64,000 nt of DNA from an uncultured Christensenella sp. (GTDB lineage: Bacteria; Bacillota; Clostridia; Christensenellales; DTU072). The position numbers were made by a program, and so were the translations under genes. Positions 9,691 to 18,396 of this stretch are shown here, one piece after another (position 1 is the stretch's first letter; the number at the start of each line of letters is the position of its first letter). The stretch lies in assembly GCA_949285605.1 (NCBI GenBank), contig CASDZI010000001.1, positions 12,202 through 76,201 of the forward strand, written 5' to 3'. The notes under the pieces were generated by a model. The model did not search any database. It was not told where the DNA came from and worked only from the letters and a program-made list of their open reading frames with translations.

Positions 9691-9719
9691 ATGAAAGGAA
9701 AAGGAAAAAGGAAGCGGAA

Positions 9720-10880
9720 ATGCTGGCAAAACTCTTCATCAAGGATTATCAAAACGTAAACGACCCCAAGGTGCGGAACGCTTACGGAATACTTGCCACG
9801 GTGGCGGGACTCGTCTGCAATGCGATATTGTGCGTTGCCAAAATTACGGTGGGGGTTTTGAGCAAGAGCATGGCTATCCTCGCCGACGGGCTCAACAACT
9901 TCACCGACGCAGGAAGCAGCGTGGTCAGTATGCTCGGGTTCCGCTGGGCCAATAAGCCCGCCGACAAGGAACACCCCTTCGGCCACGCCCGTTACGAATA
10001 CATAACCGGACTCATCATAGCCTTTATCGTACTGTTTTTGGGGTTCGAGCTCATAGTCTCCTCGGTGGAAAAAATCACGGCGGGAGAAAAGACCGTAGCC
10101 ACCGTCATAATGATGGCGGTGCTCGCCTTTTCCGTCGTGGTAAAATTCGGAATGTTCTTTTATTACCGTTCGGTCTCCCGAAAAATCGGTTCGGGGAGCC
10201 TGAAAGCGGCGGGAGCGGACAGCCTGAACGACTGTATCTCCACCACAGCCATTCTTGTCTGTACCGTGATAACTTACTTTACGGGGACGGAACTGGACGG
10301 ATACGTCGGCATAGCGGTGGCGTTGTTTATCGTATTCAACGGTATCAAACTGATAAAGGAAACGATGAGTCCTTTACTCGGGGAAAAGCCCTCGCCCTCT
10401 CTCGTCAAGAAGATCTCCGAAGAGATCTGCGCTTACGACGGGGTCAAGGGAATACACGATCTTATAGTGCATAATTACGGACCAAACAGATATTTCGCTT
10501 CGGTGCACGTGGAAGTGGACGCCAAGACCGACATGTTGGAAAGTCACGAACTGGTAGATACGATAGAGAGGGAATTTCTGGAAAAAGGAATTAACCTCGT
10601 TATACATATGGACCCCGTCATAGTGGACGACGAAAGGGTGAACGCCTTAAAGAAAATCGCCGTCGAGGCGCTTAAGAGTATCGACGAAAGTCTTACGTTG
10701 CACGACTTCAGAGTGGTGTGGGGAGAAAACCGCAAGAACCTCATTTTCGACGTGGTCGCCCCGTACGGCTTTCGGCTCGACGACAAGGAACTGGTAGCTA
10801 TGCTCGACGAAAAAATAAAAGAAACCGACCCTGCGGCATATCCGGTAATCAGCGTGGACAAGGATTTTGCCGGAAGATAG
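9720..10880 (+). CDS. cation diffusion facilitator (CDF) family metal efflux transporter
   Basis: 386 aa with CDF signatures: SKSMAILADGLNNFTD, HPFGHARYE, six TM segments and a C-terminal cytoplasmic domain (IHDLIVHNYGPNRYFASVHVEV). Confidence 0.9.
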   Translation: MLAKLFIKDYQNVNDPKVRNAYGILATVAGLVCNAILCVAKITVGVLSKSMAILADGLNNFTDAGSSVVSMLGFRWANKPADKEHPFGHARYEYITGLIIAFIVLFLGFELIVSSVEKITAGEKTVATVIMMAVLAFSVVVKFGMFFYYRSVSRKIGSGSLKAAGADSLNDCISTTAILVCTVITYFTGTELDGYVGIAVALFIVFNGIKLIKETMSPLLGEKPSPSLVKKISEEICAYDGVKGIHDLIVHNYGPNRYFASVHVEVDAKTDMLESHELVDTIEREFLEKGINLVIHMDPVIVDDERVNALKKIAVEALKSIDESLTLHDFRVVWGENRKNLIFDVVAPYGFRLDDKELVAMLDEKIKETDPAAYPVISVDKDFAGR

Positions 10881-10907
10881 AAAAACGAAGACAAAGGCAA
10901 AGGACAG

Positions 10908-11534
10908 ATGAAAACCGATAAAAAAATCATTTACGCCATTCAAAGAATACGCACCCCGAAACTGGACATGTTTTTCAGGGTGTTTACGCATATCGCCGAA
11001 TACGGGATAGCGTGGATGTTGACGGCGGCAATTTGTTTTCTGTTTGCCGAGACCCGTCTCCTCGGGATGCAATTAGGCGTTGCGCTTTTCCTTTGCGTGG
11101 TGATAGGGGAGTTTTTCATCAAACCGTCGGTCAGGCGGAAACGTCCCTTCGTCGTCGATCCCTCGGTAAAGGTGGTAGTCCATAAGCCTAAGGATTTTTC
11201 CTGTCCGTCGGGGCATAGCAGCAGCTGTTTCGCCTGCGCCACGGTCATTCTGTTCTTCGACTGGCGGATAGCCGTTCCCCTTTACCTTTTCGCCTGCGCC
11301 ATAGCTTTCAGCAGGGTGTATCTGTTCGTCCATTACCCTTCCGACGTACTGGGCGGCGCCGTTCTCGGATTTTTCTGCGGACTCGTAGCCTATTTCGCCT
11401 GCGCCTATTTCGTAGGCATTTACGGACAGCTCGAGCCTTTCGGCTGGGAAGGATTCTCTTTTTTACCGTTACCCGACGGCAATGTTTTTTCGTCGGCAGA
11501 AATATTTTTTGAAAATTTTTCGTTTTCGGTGTAA
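10908..11534 (+). CDS. PAP2-family phosphatase (membrane)
   Basis: 208 aa with the three PAP2 motifs KPSVRRKRP, PSGHSS and SRVYLFVHYPSDV. Confidence 0.85.
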   Translation: MKTDKKIIYAIQRIRTPKLDMFFRVFTHIAEYGIAWMLTAAICFLFAETRLLGMQLGVALFLCVVIGEFFIKPSVRRKRPFVVDPSVKVVVHKPKDFSCPSGHSSSCFACATVILFFDWRIAVPLYLFACAIAFSRVYLFVHYPSDVLGGAVLGFFCGLVAYFACAYFVGIYGQLEPFGWEGFSFLPLPDGNVFSSAEIFFENFSFSV

Positions 11535-11574
11535 CCTTTTTCCCGTCTTTGCGTTTTATTAGCGAGAGGCTAAG

Positions 11575-12051
11575 ATGAAAAAGGACGTTTTGGAAGAACT
11601 TTTCAGAGAAAATTACAACGGAGCGGTGCTGTACGTCTATTCGCTCTGTAAGGATTACGCTCTCAGCGAGGACGTAGTAAGCACGGCTTTTTTCAAGACC
11701 TTTTCGGTCTGGGAAGAGGGCGGTTCCTTCAAAAGTTTTCTCTTCAAGGTCTGCAAAAACCAACTTTTCGACCACTACCGCAAAAGGAAAAGGCTGGTAA
11801 GGCTCACCGCAGACATCCCCGACGGGACGGACGCGGCGGAAAGGCTCATAGCCGACGAGGAATACCGTTCCCTTTTCCGAGCGCTGGAACTTCTGAAGGA
11901 AGAATACAGGGAAGCGATCACCTTATTCTATTTCGAAGATCTCAGCGTGGCGGAGATAGCCCGCATCACCGAAAAAACGCCCGACAACGTAAAGGTCACC
12001 CTTTTCCGAGCCAGGCAGAAATTAAAATCTATATTGGAGGACGAAAAATGA
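11575..12051 (+). CDS. ECF-type sigma-70 family RNA polymerase sigma factor
   Basis: 158 aa. Region 2 (FKSFLFKVCKNQLFDHYRKRKR) and region 4 HTH (LSVAEIARITEKTPDNVKVTLFRARQKLK). Confidence 0.85.
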   Translation: MKKDVLEELFRENYNGAVLYVYSLCKDYALSEDVVSTAFFKTFSVWEEGGSFKSFLFKVCKNQLFDHYRKRKRLVRLTADIPDGTDAAERLIADEEYRSLFRALELLKEEYREAITLFYFEDLSVAEIARITEKTPDNVKVTLFRARQKLKSILEDEK

Positions 12052-12599
12052 AATTCGAAGAATTGTACGAAAAGTATCTGCAGGGGACGTGCACCGAGGA
12101 GGAGAAGCTCTTCGTGGAAAACGAGATAGCTCGGGCGAGGGCGGTCAACGAACGGTTGCTGTCGGCGCACAAGGAGGAAGTCATCCGCCCTGCCGACGAC
12201 AAGAAGGTCAAGAAAGCCAAAAAGAAATTCAGTCTCAAAATGGCGGTCACTGCGGCGGTGGTGACGCTGGTGGTGCTGGTCGTGGTCTGCGGCGCCGTCC
12301 TCGGGGGCGTTTTCGGAACGGCTGCCACGGCAGCCAAGAACGGCGTGAAATTCTCTTTGGAGGAAGGCGAAATTATCGCCGTCGACTATGCGGTGGAGTT
12401 TTTGACCGACCGTTATCCCGGCTTCACGGGTTCCGCCGACAAGGTGATAGTTAAGGAAAGAGAACGGGATTTCGAGATAACTTCCAAACTCAAGAACAGC
12501 TATTACGCCTATTCCTACGAATTGCTGTTCGGCAGGACGGAGGTGGAAGTCAGGGTAAATTCCCGCACCGGAGAGTGCAGAATCACCGACGTGGACTGA
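12048..12599 (+). CDS. putative anti-sigma factor: single-pass membrane protein with PepSY-like C-terminus
   Basis: ATGA overlap with the sigma gene. N-terminal YLQGTCTEEEKLFVENEI, TM segment VTAAVVTLVVLVVVCGAVLGGVFG, C-terminal ...VRVNSRTGECRITDVD. The function is inferred from position. Confidence 0.55.
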   Translation: MKFEELYEKYLQGTCTEEEKLFVENEIARARAVNERLLSAHKEEVIRPADDKKVKKAKKKFSLKMAVTAAVVTLVVLVVVCGAVLGGVFGTAATAAKNGVKFSLEEGEIIAVDYAVEFLTDRYPGFTGSADKVIVKERERDFEITSKLKNSYYAYSYELLFGRTEVEVRVNSRTGECRITDVD

Positions 12600-12650
12600 C
12601 AGGGCGAATTGCCCCGATTGCTTGAAAAACAGGGCGTTTTTGCCCGATTG
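12600..12650 (+). repeat. two imperfect 21-nt direct repeats spaced 30 bp apart
   Basis: CAGGGCGAATTGCCCCGATTG (12600-12620) and CAGGGCGTTTTTGCCCGATTG (12630-12650). Each contains a short GGGC/GCCC inverted repeat. Confidence 0.6.
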
Positions 12651-12707
12651 ACGAGAGCGGCGGAAAGGAGAAAAATATAAATTTTCGCCGCTTTTTGGCA
12701 AAAACCG

Positions 12708-12737
12708 TTGACAAAACGTAGCTTTTCGGATTAGAAT
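12708..12737 (+). promoter_or_regulatory. sigma-A-type promoter (TTGACA-18-TAGAAT)
   Basis: TTGACA at 12708-12713 and TAGAAT at 12732-12737, upstream of the 12782 ORF. Confidence 0.6.
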
Positions 12738-12781
12738 AGGACGGGTTAAAAAATAAAAATTTTCAAGGACTCGGGGACAAA

Positions 12782-13054
12782 ATGAAAGTACAGGGGATAG
12801 ACGAATTCGCAAAAGAATTAAAGAACCGTTTCGAGGCCGAAGCGGTCACCGCCGTCAAGAATGCGCTTTGCCTGCAATATCCGTTCAGCGATATGCTGCG
12901 TATCATCTGTATTTACATCAAACACACCAGAGATTCTCTCGTGAACGAGGAAGCCTTCGTCGCCGACGGAGCCGAACTGGGAATTATGACGGTGGTGGAG
13001 GAATTGCAAGCCATTCTCGCCGTCCTCGAAATGCATAATTACACCGAAAATTGA
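12782..13054 (+). CDS. hypothetical protein (90 aa)
   Basis: The ORF has its own promoter and a weak GGGGA RBS. I recognise no motif. Confidence 0.5.
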   Translation: MKVQGIDEFAKELKNRFEAEAVTAVKNALCLQYPFSDMLRIICIYIKHTRDSLVNEEAFVADGAELGIMTVVEELQAILAVLEMHNYTEN

Positions 13055-13106
13055 TTTTTCTTTTCCGCCTCCGTTTTTCGGCAAAATCGCATAAGCGTAA
13101 AAATTG

Positions 13107-13135
13107 TTGCAAATTTGCATTTTCGGAAGTATAAT
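13107..13135 (+). promoter_or_regulatory. sigma-A promoter (TTGCAA-17-TATAAT) overlapped by a 12-bp palindrome
   Basis: TTGCAA at 13107-13112 and TATAAT at 13130-13135. The perfect palindrome TGCAAATTTGCA (13108-13119) overlaps the -35. Confidence 0.7.
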
Positions 13136-13156
13136 GATTTTATTACGGAGGAAAGT

Positions 13157-13690
13157 ATGAACATAATTGACATCGGAACCATAATCGCTTTGATAGTATT
13201 CGTGTTGCTCGGGTTCGTTTTGGGGTTCGGGCGGTCTTTGCGAGTGTTCACCAAAGGGATCGTGGGGGTTATAATTTCTGTTTTCGTCTGCGCAAGCTTC
13301 GGCGGAATGATATTAGGCATCGACGTCGTGGGCGACAAGCTTGCCGAACTCAACGCCTTTTTTGCGTCCAAAGCCGAATTTTTAGGCACCATTCATCTGG
13401 AAACAATAATTTTTTACATCGTTATGTTCTTGGTGGTGCAGATACTCAGGATACTCACCGTTAAATTCATATCGGGCATTTTCGAAGCCGACAACGCCGT
13501 TATGAAGGGCGTCAACAAGTTCCTCGGAATGATCTTCGTTCCGGCGATAATGTGTCTGTTCCTGCTGTTGGTCTTTGCGGTGTTCGCCTTGTTCGACGAC
13601 ACGACTTTCGTGACCAATATGCTGAACGATATGGAAGGGACTTTCCTTCTGAAACTATACCAAAACAACCCGATAGTTCTGACGGTCTGA
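13157..13690 (+). CDS. cvpA: CvpA-family membrane protein
   Basis: I chose the internal ATG at 13157 preceded by GGAGGAAAG. MNIIDIGTIIALIVFVLLGF... with four TM helices resembles CvpA family proteins. Confidence 0.65.
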   Translation: MNIIDIGTIIALIVFVLLGFVLGFGRSLRVFTKGIVGVIISVFVCASFGGMILGIDVVGDKLAELNAFFASKAEFLGTIHLETIIFYIVMFLVVQILRILTVKFISGIFEADNAVMKGVNKFLGMIFVPAIMCLFLLLVFAVFALFDDTTFVTNMLNDMEGTFLLKLYQNNPIVLTV

Positions 13691-13710
13691 TATAGGGATA
13701 TGTCTTCAAG

Positions 13711-13735
13711 GGCCGCCAAGGCGGCCCTTTTTTCA
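13711..13735 (+). terminator. rho-independent terminator
   Basis: GGGCCGCC..GGCGGCCC stem followed by TTTTTT. Confidence 0.8.
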
Positions 13736-13748
13736 TTAAAGGAGAGGA

Positions 13749-14435
13749 ATGGACGGAGAAAACAGATTTTCACGCACCGAAGCGTTGGTCGGGGATATGA
13801 CGCCTTTACGGAAGGCTGCGGTCATCGTTTTCGGACTCGGGGGAGTGGGCGGTCATTGCGCCGAGACTCTCGCCCGTTGCGGCGTGGGCAGGATCGCTCT
13901 CTGCGACGGAGACGTCGTGGAGATAACCAACATAAACCGTCAGATAGTGGCGTTGCAGTCCACCCTCGGCAGGAACAAGGCCGCCGTCATGGCGGAAAGG
14001 ATAAAGGACATCAACCCCGAGTGCGAGGTCGTTACGGCGGAGTTTTTCCTTGACGGCGACAACGTAAAGGACTTCGGGCTGTCGGATTACGATTACGTTG
14101 CCGACTGTATAGACGACGTTCCGGCGAAAATCGCCCTTATTTCCGAAGCCAAGAGATGCGGCGTGCCCGTCATAAGCTGTATGGGAGCGGGCAACAAATT
14201 CGGGACGGAGTATAAGGCAGCCGACATAAACAAAACTTCGGTCTGTCCTCTTGCGAGAGTTATGAGAAGAGAACTCAAAAAAAGGAACATAACCTCGGTA
14301 AAAGCGGTTTTTTCCGAAGAAGAACCCGTCTTGAAGAGCAGGATACCGGCAAGCATCGCTTTTTCCACGGCGGCGGCGGGACTGAAAGCCGCTGCGGAAA
14401 TTATAAAAGATCTACTTAATAAGGAGCAAAAATGA
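13749..14435 (+). CDS. tcdA: tRNA threonylcarbamoyladenosine dehydratase (ThiF/E1-like)
   Basis: 228 aa. FSRTEALVG..., VIVFGLGGVGGHCAETLARCGVGRIALCDGDVVEITNINRQ; the short TcdA-type architecture. Confidence 0.8.
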   Translation: MDGENRFSRTEALVGDMTPLRKAAVIVFGLGGVGGHCAETLARCGVGRIALCDGDVVEITNINRQIVALQSTLGRNKAAVMAERIKDINPECEVVTAEFFLDGDNVKDFGLSDYDYVADCIDDVPAKIALISEAKRCGVPVISCMGAGNKFGTEYKAADINKTSVCPLARVMRRELKKRNITSVKAVFSEEEPVLKSRIPASIAFSTAAAGLKAAAEIIKDLLNKEQK

Positions 14436-15268
14436 AAAAACCCGGTTTTTCCGTAGAGGTTTTCCCTCCGAAAACCAACGACGGGATAGAAGTTATTTAC
14501 CGACCTTTAGACGGCATAGCCGCACTTTCTCCCGATTACATCAGCGTGACCTACTCGGCGGGCGGAAGCGCCAAAGGTCTGACTCTCGAGGTGTGCGAAT
14601 TCATTAAAAAAGTCCACGGGATAGAGAGCGTGGCGCATCTTACCTGCGCAAACAGCTCCGCATCTTACATCGACGATTACCTCGACAAACTTCATTATGC
14701 CGGGATAGATTACGTTCTGGCGTTACGGGGAGACCTCGCCGACGAGAATCAGCTGTCCGATTACCGTTACGCAAGCGACCTTATCAGGGATATAAAAAAC
14801 AAAGGAGCGCAACATATATTTGCGGCGTGTTATCCCGAAGGACACAAGGACAGTTCCTCCTTCGATATGGATATCCGCATTATGAAACTCAAGGAAGATC
14901 TCGGAGCCGAACATTTCATAAGTCAGCTGTTTTTCGACGAAGCGGACTTTTTCAGAATGACCGAAAAAGCCCGCTCGCAGGGGGTGAAAAGCGATATAGT
15001 CGCAGGGATAATGCCCGTCACCAACGCAAAACAGATAGTCCGCATGGTGCAGCTTTCGGGGGCGAAGATACCCGAAAATCTTTCCAGACTTATCGCAAAG
15101 TACGAGTACGACCCGAAGGGGCTTTACGAGGCGGGGATAGAGTTTTCGGTAAACCAATCCGTGAAGCTTCTGGAAGGGGGCGCCGACGGATTGCATCTTT
15201 ACGCAATGAACAATGCGTTGGTTGCCGAAAAATATTACGAAGGAGTCAGAGTTTCCCTCGGAAGATGA
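14432..15268 (+). CDS. metF: methylenetetrahydrofolate reductase
   Basis: 278 aa. SVEVFPPKT, ISVTYSAGGS, HLTC, ALRGD, CYPEGH and HLYAMNN motifs. ATGA overlap with tcdA. Confidence 0.9.
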   Translation: MKKPGFSVEVFPPKTNDGIEVIYRPLDGIAALSPDYISVTYSAGGSAKGLTLEVCEFIKKVHGIESVAHLTCANSSASYIDDYLDKLHYAGIDYVLALRGDLADENQLSDYRYASDLIRDIKNKGAQHIFAACYPEGHKDSSSFDMDIRIMKLKEDLGAEHFISQLFFDEADFFRMTEKARSQGVKSDIVAGIMPVTNAKQIVRMVQLSGAKIPENLSRLIAKYEYDPKGLYEAGIEFSVNQSVKLLEGGADGLHLYAMNNALVAEKYYEGVRVSLGR

Positions 15269-15822
15269 ACGTAAAAGAAATAGCCCTCTATCTGAAAATA
15301 AAAGGCGAACCCGACGAGGAGACCGTTGCTTTGATAAAGGAAGTTTACCCTTCCTGCACCGCCCTGCCTTACCGCTGCCGTGCGGTTTATTTTCCCATTG
15401 AAAAGACGGAAAAAGGATTTAAGCTGACGGGAACGGACGTGAAACTCGAAGGGCGTCTTGCGTCGAGACATTTCGACGGGTGCGAGGGCGTTTATCTTTT
15501 CTGCGGCACGCTCGGAATGGAAAGCGAAAGAAAACTTCGGGAGATATTTTCCCTTTCTCCCAAGAAAGCGGTGGTACTCGACGCCTGCCTCAGCGAATAT
15601 CTGGAAAGGAAGCTGGACGAAACCGAAAAGTCCTTGTCCTCCGACGGAAGACAGCTTACTTCCCGCATAAGCTGCGGCTACGGGGATCTGGACATAGCCG
15701 TGCAGAAAGAACTTTACGATCTGCTCGAAGCTTGTAAAGCGGGGATTTATATGAACGAAAGTTTTATGTTGACGCCCAACAAGTCGGTGATTGCGATTGC
15801 GGGCGTAAGGAGTAAGAATTGA
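15265..15822 (+). CDS. methionine synthase reactivation (AdoMet-binding) domain protein, stand-alone
   Basis: ATG at 15265 lies in frame in the 14827-15822 track ORF and overlaps the metF stop (ATGA). C-terminal SRISCGYGDL...MLTPNKSVIAIAGV is typical of the B12-dependent Met synthase activation domain. Confidence 0.75.
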   Translation: MNVKEIALYLKIKGEPDEETVALIKEVYPSCTALPYRCRAVYFPIEKTEKGFKLTGTDVKLEGRLASRHFDGCEGVYLFCGTLGMESERKLREIFSLSPKKAVVLDACLSEYLERKLDETEKSLSSDGRQLTSRISCGYGDLDIAVQKELYDLLEACKAGIYMNESFMLTPNKSVIAIAGVRSKN

Positions 15823-18158
15823 TTTTTTGCGAATTTCTCGATAAAGGCAGGGTGTACCTCGACGGCGGAACGGGGACGGAACTGATAAAAAGAGGATTTG
15901 TTTCGGCGACGGAGAACCTCAACGTGACAAGCCCCGACGTTCTGACGGAAATCCACTCGTCTTACGTCAAGGCGGGAAGCGACGTCGTCTACGCCAACAC
16001 CTTTAACTGCAACAGGAAAAAAGCCGACAAGACCTATCCTCTTTCCGAGCTTATAAAAGGTGCGGCAAAAGCGGCGAGAAAAGCCCGCCCCAAGTACGTT
16101 TTGTACGACTGCGGTCCGATAGGGGAACTGATGGAACCCAACGGCAGGCTGACCTTCGAGGACGCCTACGCTATCTTCGCCGAACAAGCGAAAATTGCCG
16201 AAGAAGTCGGGTTCGACGGAGCGGTCATAGAAACCATGACCGACCTCAAAGAACTCCGTTGCGCACTCCTTGCCTTCAAGGAAAACTCCCGTCTGCCGAT
16301 AATTTGCTCCATGAGTTTCGACGAAGGGGGTAGGACCTTCCTCGGCACCGAAGTCCGCTGTTTCGGACTGTGCGCACAAAGTCTCGGGGCGGCGGCGGTC
16401 GGTATCAACTGCGGCACGGGTCCCGACGTCATGGCAGAGAACCTTAAATTACTGAAAGAAGTGGTTTCGGTACCCGTATTCGCTAAACCGAATGCCGGAA
16501 TGCCGATTTTTAAGGACGGAAAGACTTTTTACGATATGGACAAGGAGACCTTTGCCCGTCATCTTAAAGCAATAGCCGAAAGCGGAATCGAGATTTTGGG
16601 CGGCTGTTGCGGCACCGACCCGTCTTTTATCGAAGCGGCGGTCAAAGCGACCTCAGGCGTTCCCGTAAGGAAAAGCCGAGCCTTTTTCGACGGGTTGTGT
16701 TCCTTTGCCAAACTCGTTCCGTTCGGGGAAAGGACGGTGGTTATCGGAGAAAAAATAAATCCCACTAACCGACCGTTACTGAAACAAGCGTTGCGGGACG
16801 GGGACGCGGGGTACGTGCTTTCCCTTTGTTCGGAGCAGAGCGAACAGGGCGCCGACGTACTTGATTACAACGTGGGACTTCCCGGCGCGGAGGAAAAGAC
16901 CCTTCTTCCGAAGATGATAACCGCCACGCAGGACGTGCACGCTTTACCCGTCTGTATCGACACCTCCAAACCCGAGGCGTTGGAAAATTCGCTCAGGATT
17001 ACCGACGGGATAGCGCTTATAAATTCCGTGAACGGGAAAAAGGAAAGTATGGAAAAGGTATTTCCTCTCGCCGTCCGTTACGGAGCTTACGTCATAGCCC
17101 TTTGCCTGGACGAAAACGGAATAGCGCCCACGGCGGAAGCACGCCTCGAAGTCGCCGACAAGATAGCGGAGAACGCCGTAAAGCACGGACTGGACACGGG
17201 AAGGATACTTTTCGATCCGTTGACTATGGCTTTGAGCGTAAATTCCGACAACGGAAAAATCCTTCTGGAAATTCTCGACGGGTTGGCAAAAAGAGGATAC
17301 AAGACCGTCTTGGGTCTTAGCAATATAAGTTTCGGACTGCCGGCACGAAACAAGCTCAACGGGGCGTTATACCGTATTATTAAGGAAAGGAAGGTGACCG
17401 CCGTCATCGTGAATCCCGCTTTGGAAGAAAACTCCGACCCTGCGGCGGTTGCGCTTTTGCAGGGAAAAGACGACAAGTGCGAAAGGTATATTTCCGAGAA
17501 CGCCGACGTCGGACCGGAAGTGTTGCCCGAAAGGGGAGTCCTTACGCTGAAGGAATGCGTTTCGAGGGGGTTGACCAAGGAGGCTTTGGCGAAGCTCGAA
17601 GAAGTTCTGACCCCCGACAACGCCGACGAAATAATGAACGGCGAAATAATCGCAGGACTCAACGAACTCGGGGACAGGTACGCCGCAGGGAAGGTGTTTT
17701 TACCCGGACTTATCGCCGGGAGCGAAACCGCCAAAGCCCTTCTCGACAGGATAAAAAGCGTGTGCTTTTCCGAAGGAGCGGCGGTCAAGGCGACGGCGGT
17801 GATAGCCACCGTCAAGGGCGACGTGCACGATATCGGCAAGAACATCGTCCGCACCGTGGCGTCCAATTACGGATACCGCATGATAGATTTAGGCAGGGAC
17901 GTGCCTTGCGAAAAGATTTTAGAGGCGACGGAAGAGTATGGAGCCGACGCCGTCTGTCTGTCCGCTCTGATGACCACCACCCTCGACAATATGACCGAAA
18001 CCGTCGAGGCGGTCAAGGCAAAATTCCCCGACGTAAAAATACTCGTAGGCGGAGCGGTAGTGAGCAAAGAGTACGCCGATTCCGTGGGGGCGTATTATTC
18101 CAAGGACGCCCGGGAAGCGGCGGCTTTACTGGAAAAACTATTTTCCGTCCGCTCTTAA
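15819..18158 (+). CDS. metH: cobalamin-dependent methionine synthase lacking the activation domain (Hcy-, pterin- and B12-binding modules)
   Basis: 779 aa. LDGGTGTEL, GINCG, GGCCGT (Hcy S-methyltransferase); pterin-binding block; B12 motif GDVHDIGKNIV...SALMTTT. TTG start overlaps the upstream stop. Confidence 0.9.
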   Translation: MIFCEFLDKGRVYLDGGTGTELIKRGFVSATENLNVTSPDVLTEIHSSYVKAGSDVVYANTFNCNRKKADKTYPLSELIKGAAKAARKARPKYVLYDCGPIGELMEPNGRLTFEDAYAIFAEQAKIAEEVGFDGAVIETMTDLKELRCALLAFKENSRLPIICSMSFDEGGRTFLGTEVRCFGLCAQSLGAAAVGINCGTGPDVMAENLKLLKEVVSVPVFAKPNAGMPIFKDGKTFYDMDKETFARHLKAIAESGIEILGGCCGTDPSFIEAAVKATSGVPVRKSRAFFDGLCSFAKLVPFGERTVVIGEKINPTNRPLLKQALRDGDAGYVLSLCSEQSEQGADVLDYNVGLPGAEEKTLLPKMITATQDVHALPVCIDTSKPEALENSLRITDGIALINSVNGKKESMEKVFPLAVRYGAYVIALCLDENGIAPTAEARLEVADKIAENAVKHGLDTGRILFDPLTMALSVNSDNGKILLEILDGLAKRGYKTVLGLSNISFGLPARNKLNGALYRIIKERKVTAVIVNPALEENSDPAAVALLQGKDDKCERYISENADVGPEVLPERGVLTLKECVSRGLTKEALAKLEEVLTPDNADEIMNGEIIAGLNELGDRYAAGKVFLPGLIAGSETAKALLDRIKSVCFSEGAAVKATAVIATVKGDVHDIGKNIVRTVASNYGYRMIDLGRDVPCEKILEATEEYGADAVCLSALMTTTLDNMTETVEAVKAKFPDVKILVGGAVVSKEYADSVGAYYSKDAREAAALLEKLFSVRS

Positions 18159-18194
18159 TTCGGCTTTTTTCCGTGAAAAATGAATAAAAAACGA

Positions 18195-18224
18195 TTGACA
18201 AAATTTATTTTTCGGTGGTAACAT
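18195..18224 (+). promoter_or_regulatory. sigma-A promoter with extended -10 (TTGACA-18-TGgTAACAT)
   Basis: TTGACA at 18195-18200, TG at 18216-18217 and TAACAT at 18219-18224. Confidence 0.65.
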
Positions 18225-18240
18225 GGAAACGGAGAAAAAA

Positions 18241-18315
18241 ATGACAAAACAAAGCAATTCCGGATTCAACGTAAACGTAGTAGTAGATGTAGTCCTCGTA
18301 GTCGTAGCGGTATGA
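18241..18315 (+). CDS. candidate valine-rich leader peptide (24 codons)
   Basis: GGAG lies 6 nt upstream of the ATG. Translation is MTKQSNSGFNVNVVVDVVLVVVAV-stop; 10 of the last 14 codons are Val (8 GTA, 2 GTC). Too short for the ORF track. Confidence 0.45.
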   Translation: MTKQSNSGFNVNVVVDVVLVVVAV

Positions 18316-18330
18316 GGATAATTCGGTATT

Positions 18331-18374
18331 GCTTGTAAGCAGAACGTAAAACGGAAATCGATTTTCTTACAAGC
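18331..18374 (+). promoter_or_regulatory. 9-bp stem (GCTTGTAAG / CTTACAAGC), candidate antiterminator
   Basis: 18331-18339 pairs perfectly with 18366-18374. Its 3' arm occupies the loop and last base of the downstream terminator-like hairpin. Confidence 0.35.
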
Positions 18375-18396
18375 GTAAAAGAAAATCGATTTTTTT
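18355..18396 (+). terminator. terminator-like AT-rich hairpin plus T-run (candidate attenuator)
   Basis: AAATCGATTTTC (18355-18366) pairs with GAAAATCGATTT (18381-18392), 12 bp with a 14-nt loop, followed by TTTT. It ends 28 nt before the 18424 ATG. Confidence 0.4.

Noticed and set aside
9526-9719. A possible czcD (NiCo) riboswitch upstream of the CDF transporter
   Set aside because: Apart from the upstream terminator, the region is AT-rich and too short to form the GC-rich four-way junction typical of that class. A DNA palindrome fits better as an operator.
18270-18315. Periodic GTA/TAG trinucleotides (GTAGTAGTAGATGTAGTC...GTAGTCGTAGCGGTA) resembling a DnaA-trio array
   Set aside because: No DnaA box or GC clamp is adjacent. 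The periodicity is fully explained by consecutive Val (GTA/GTC) codons in an ORF that has a good RBS and promoter.
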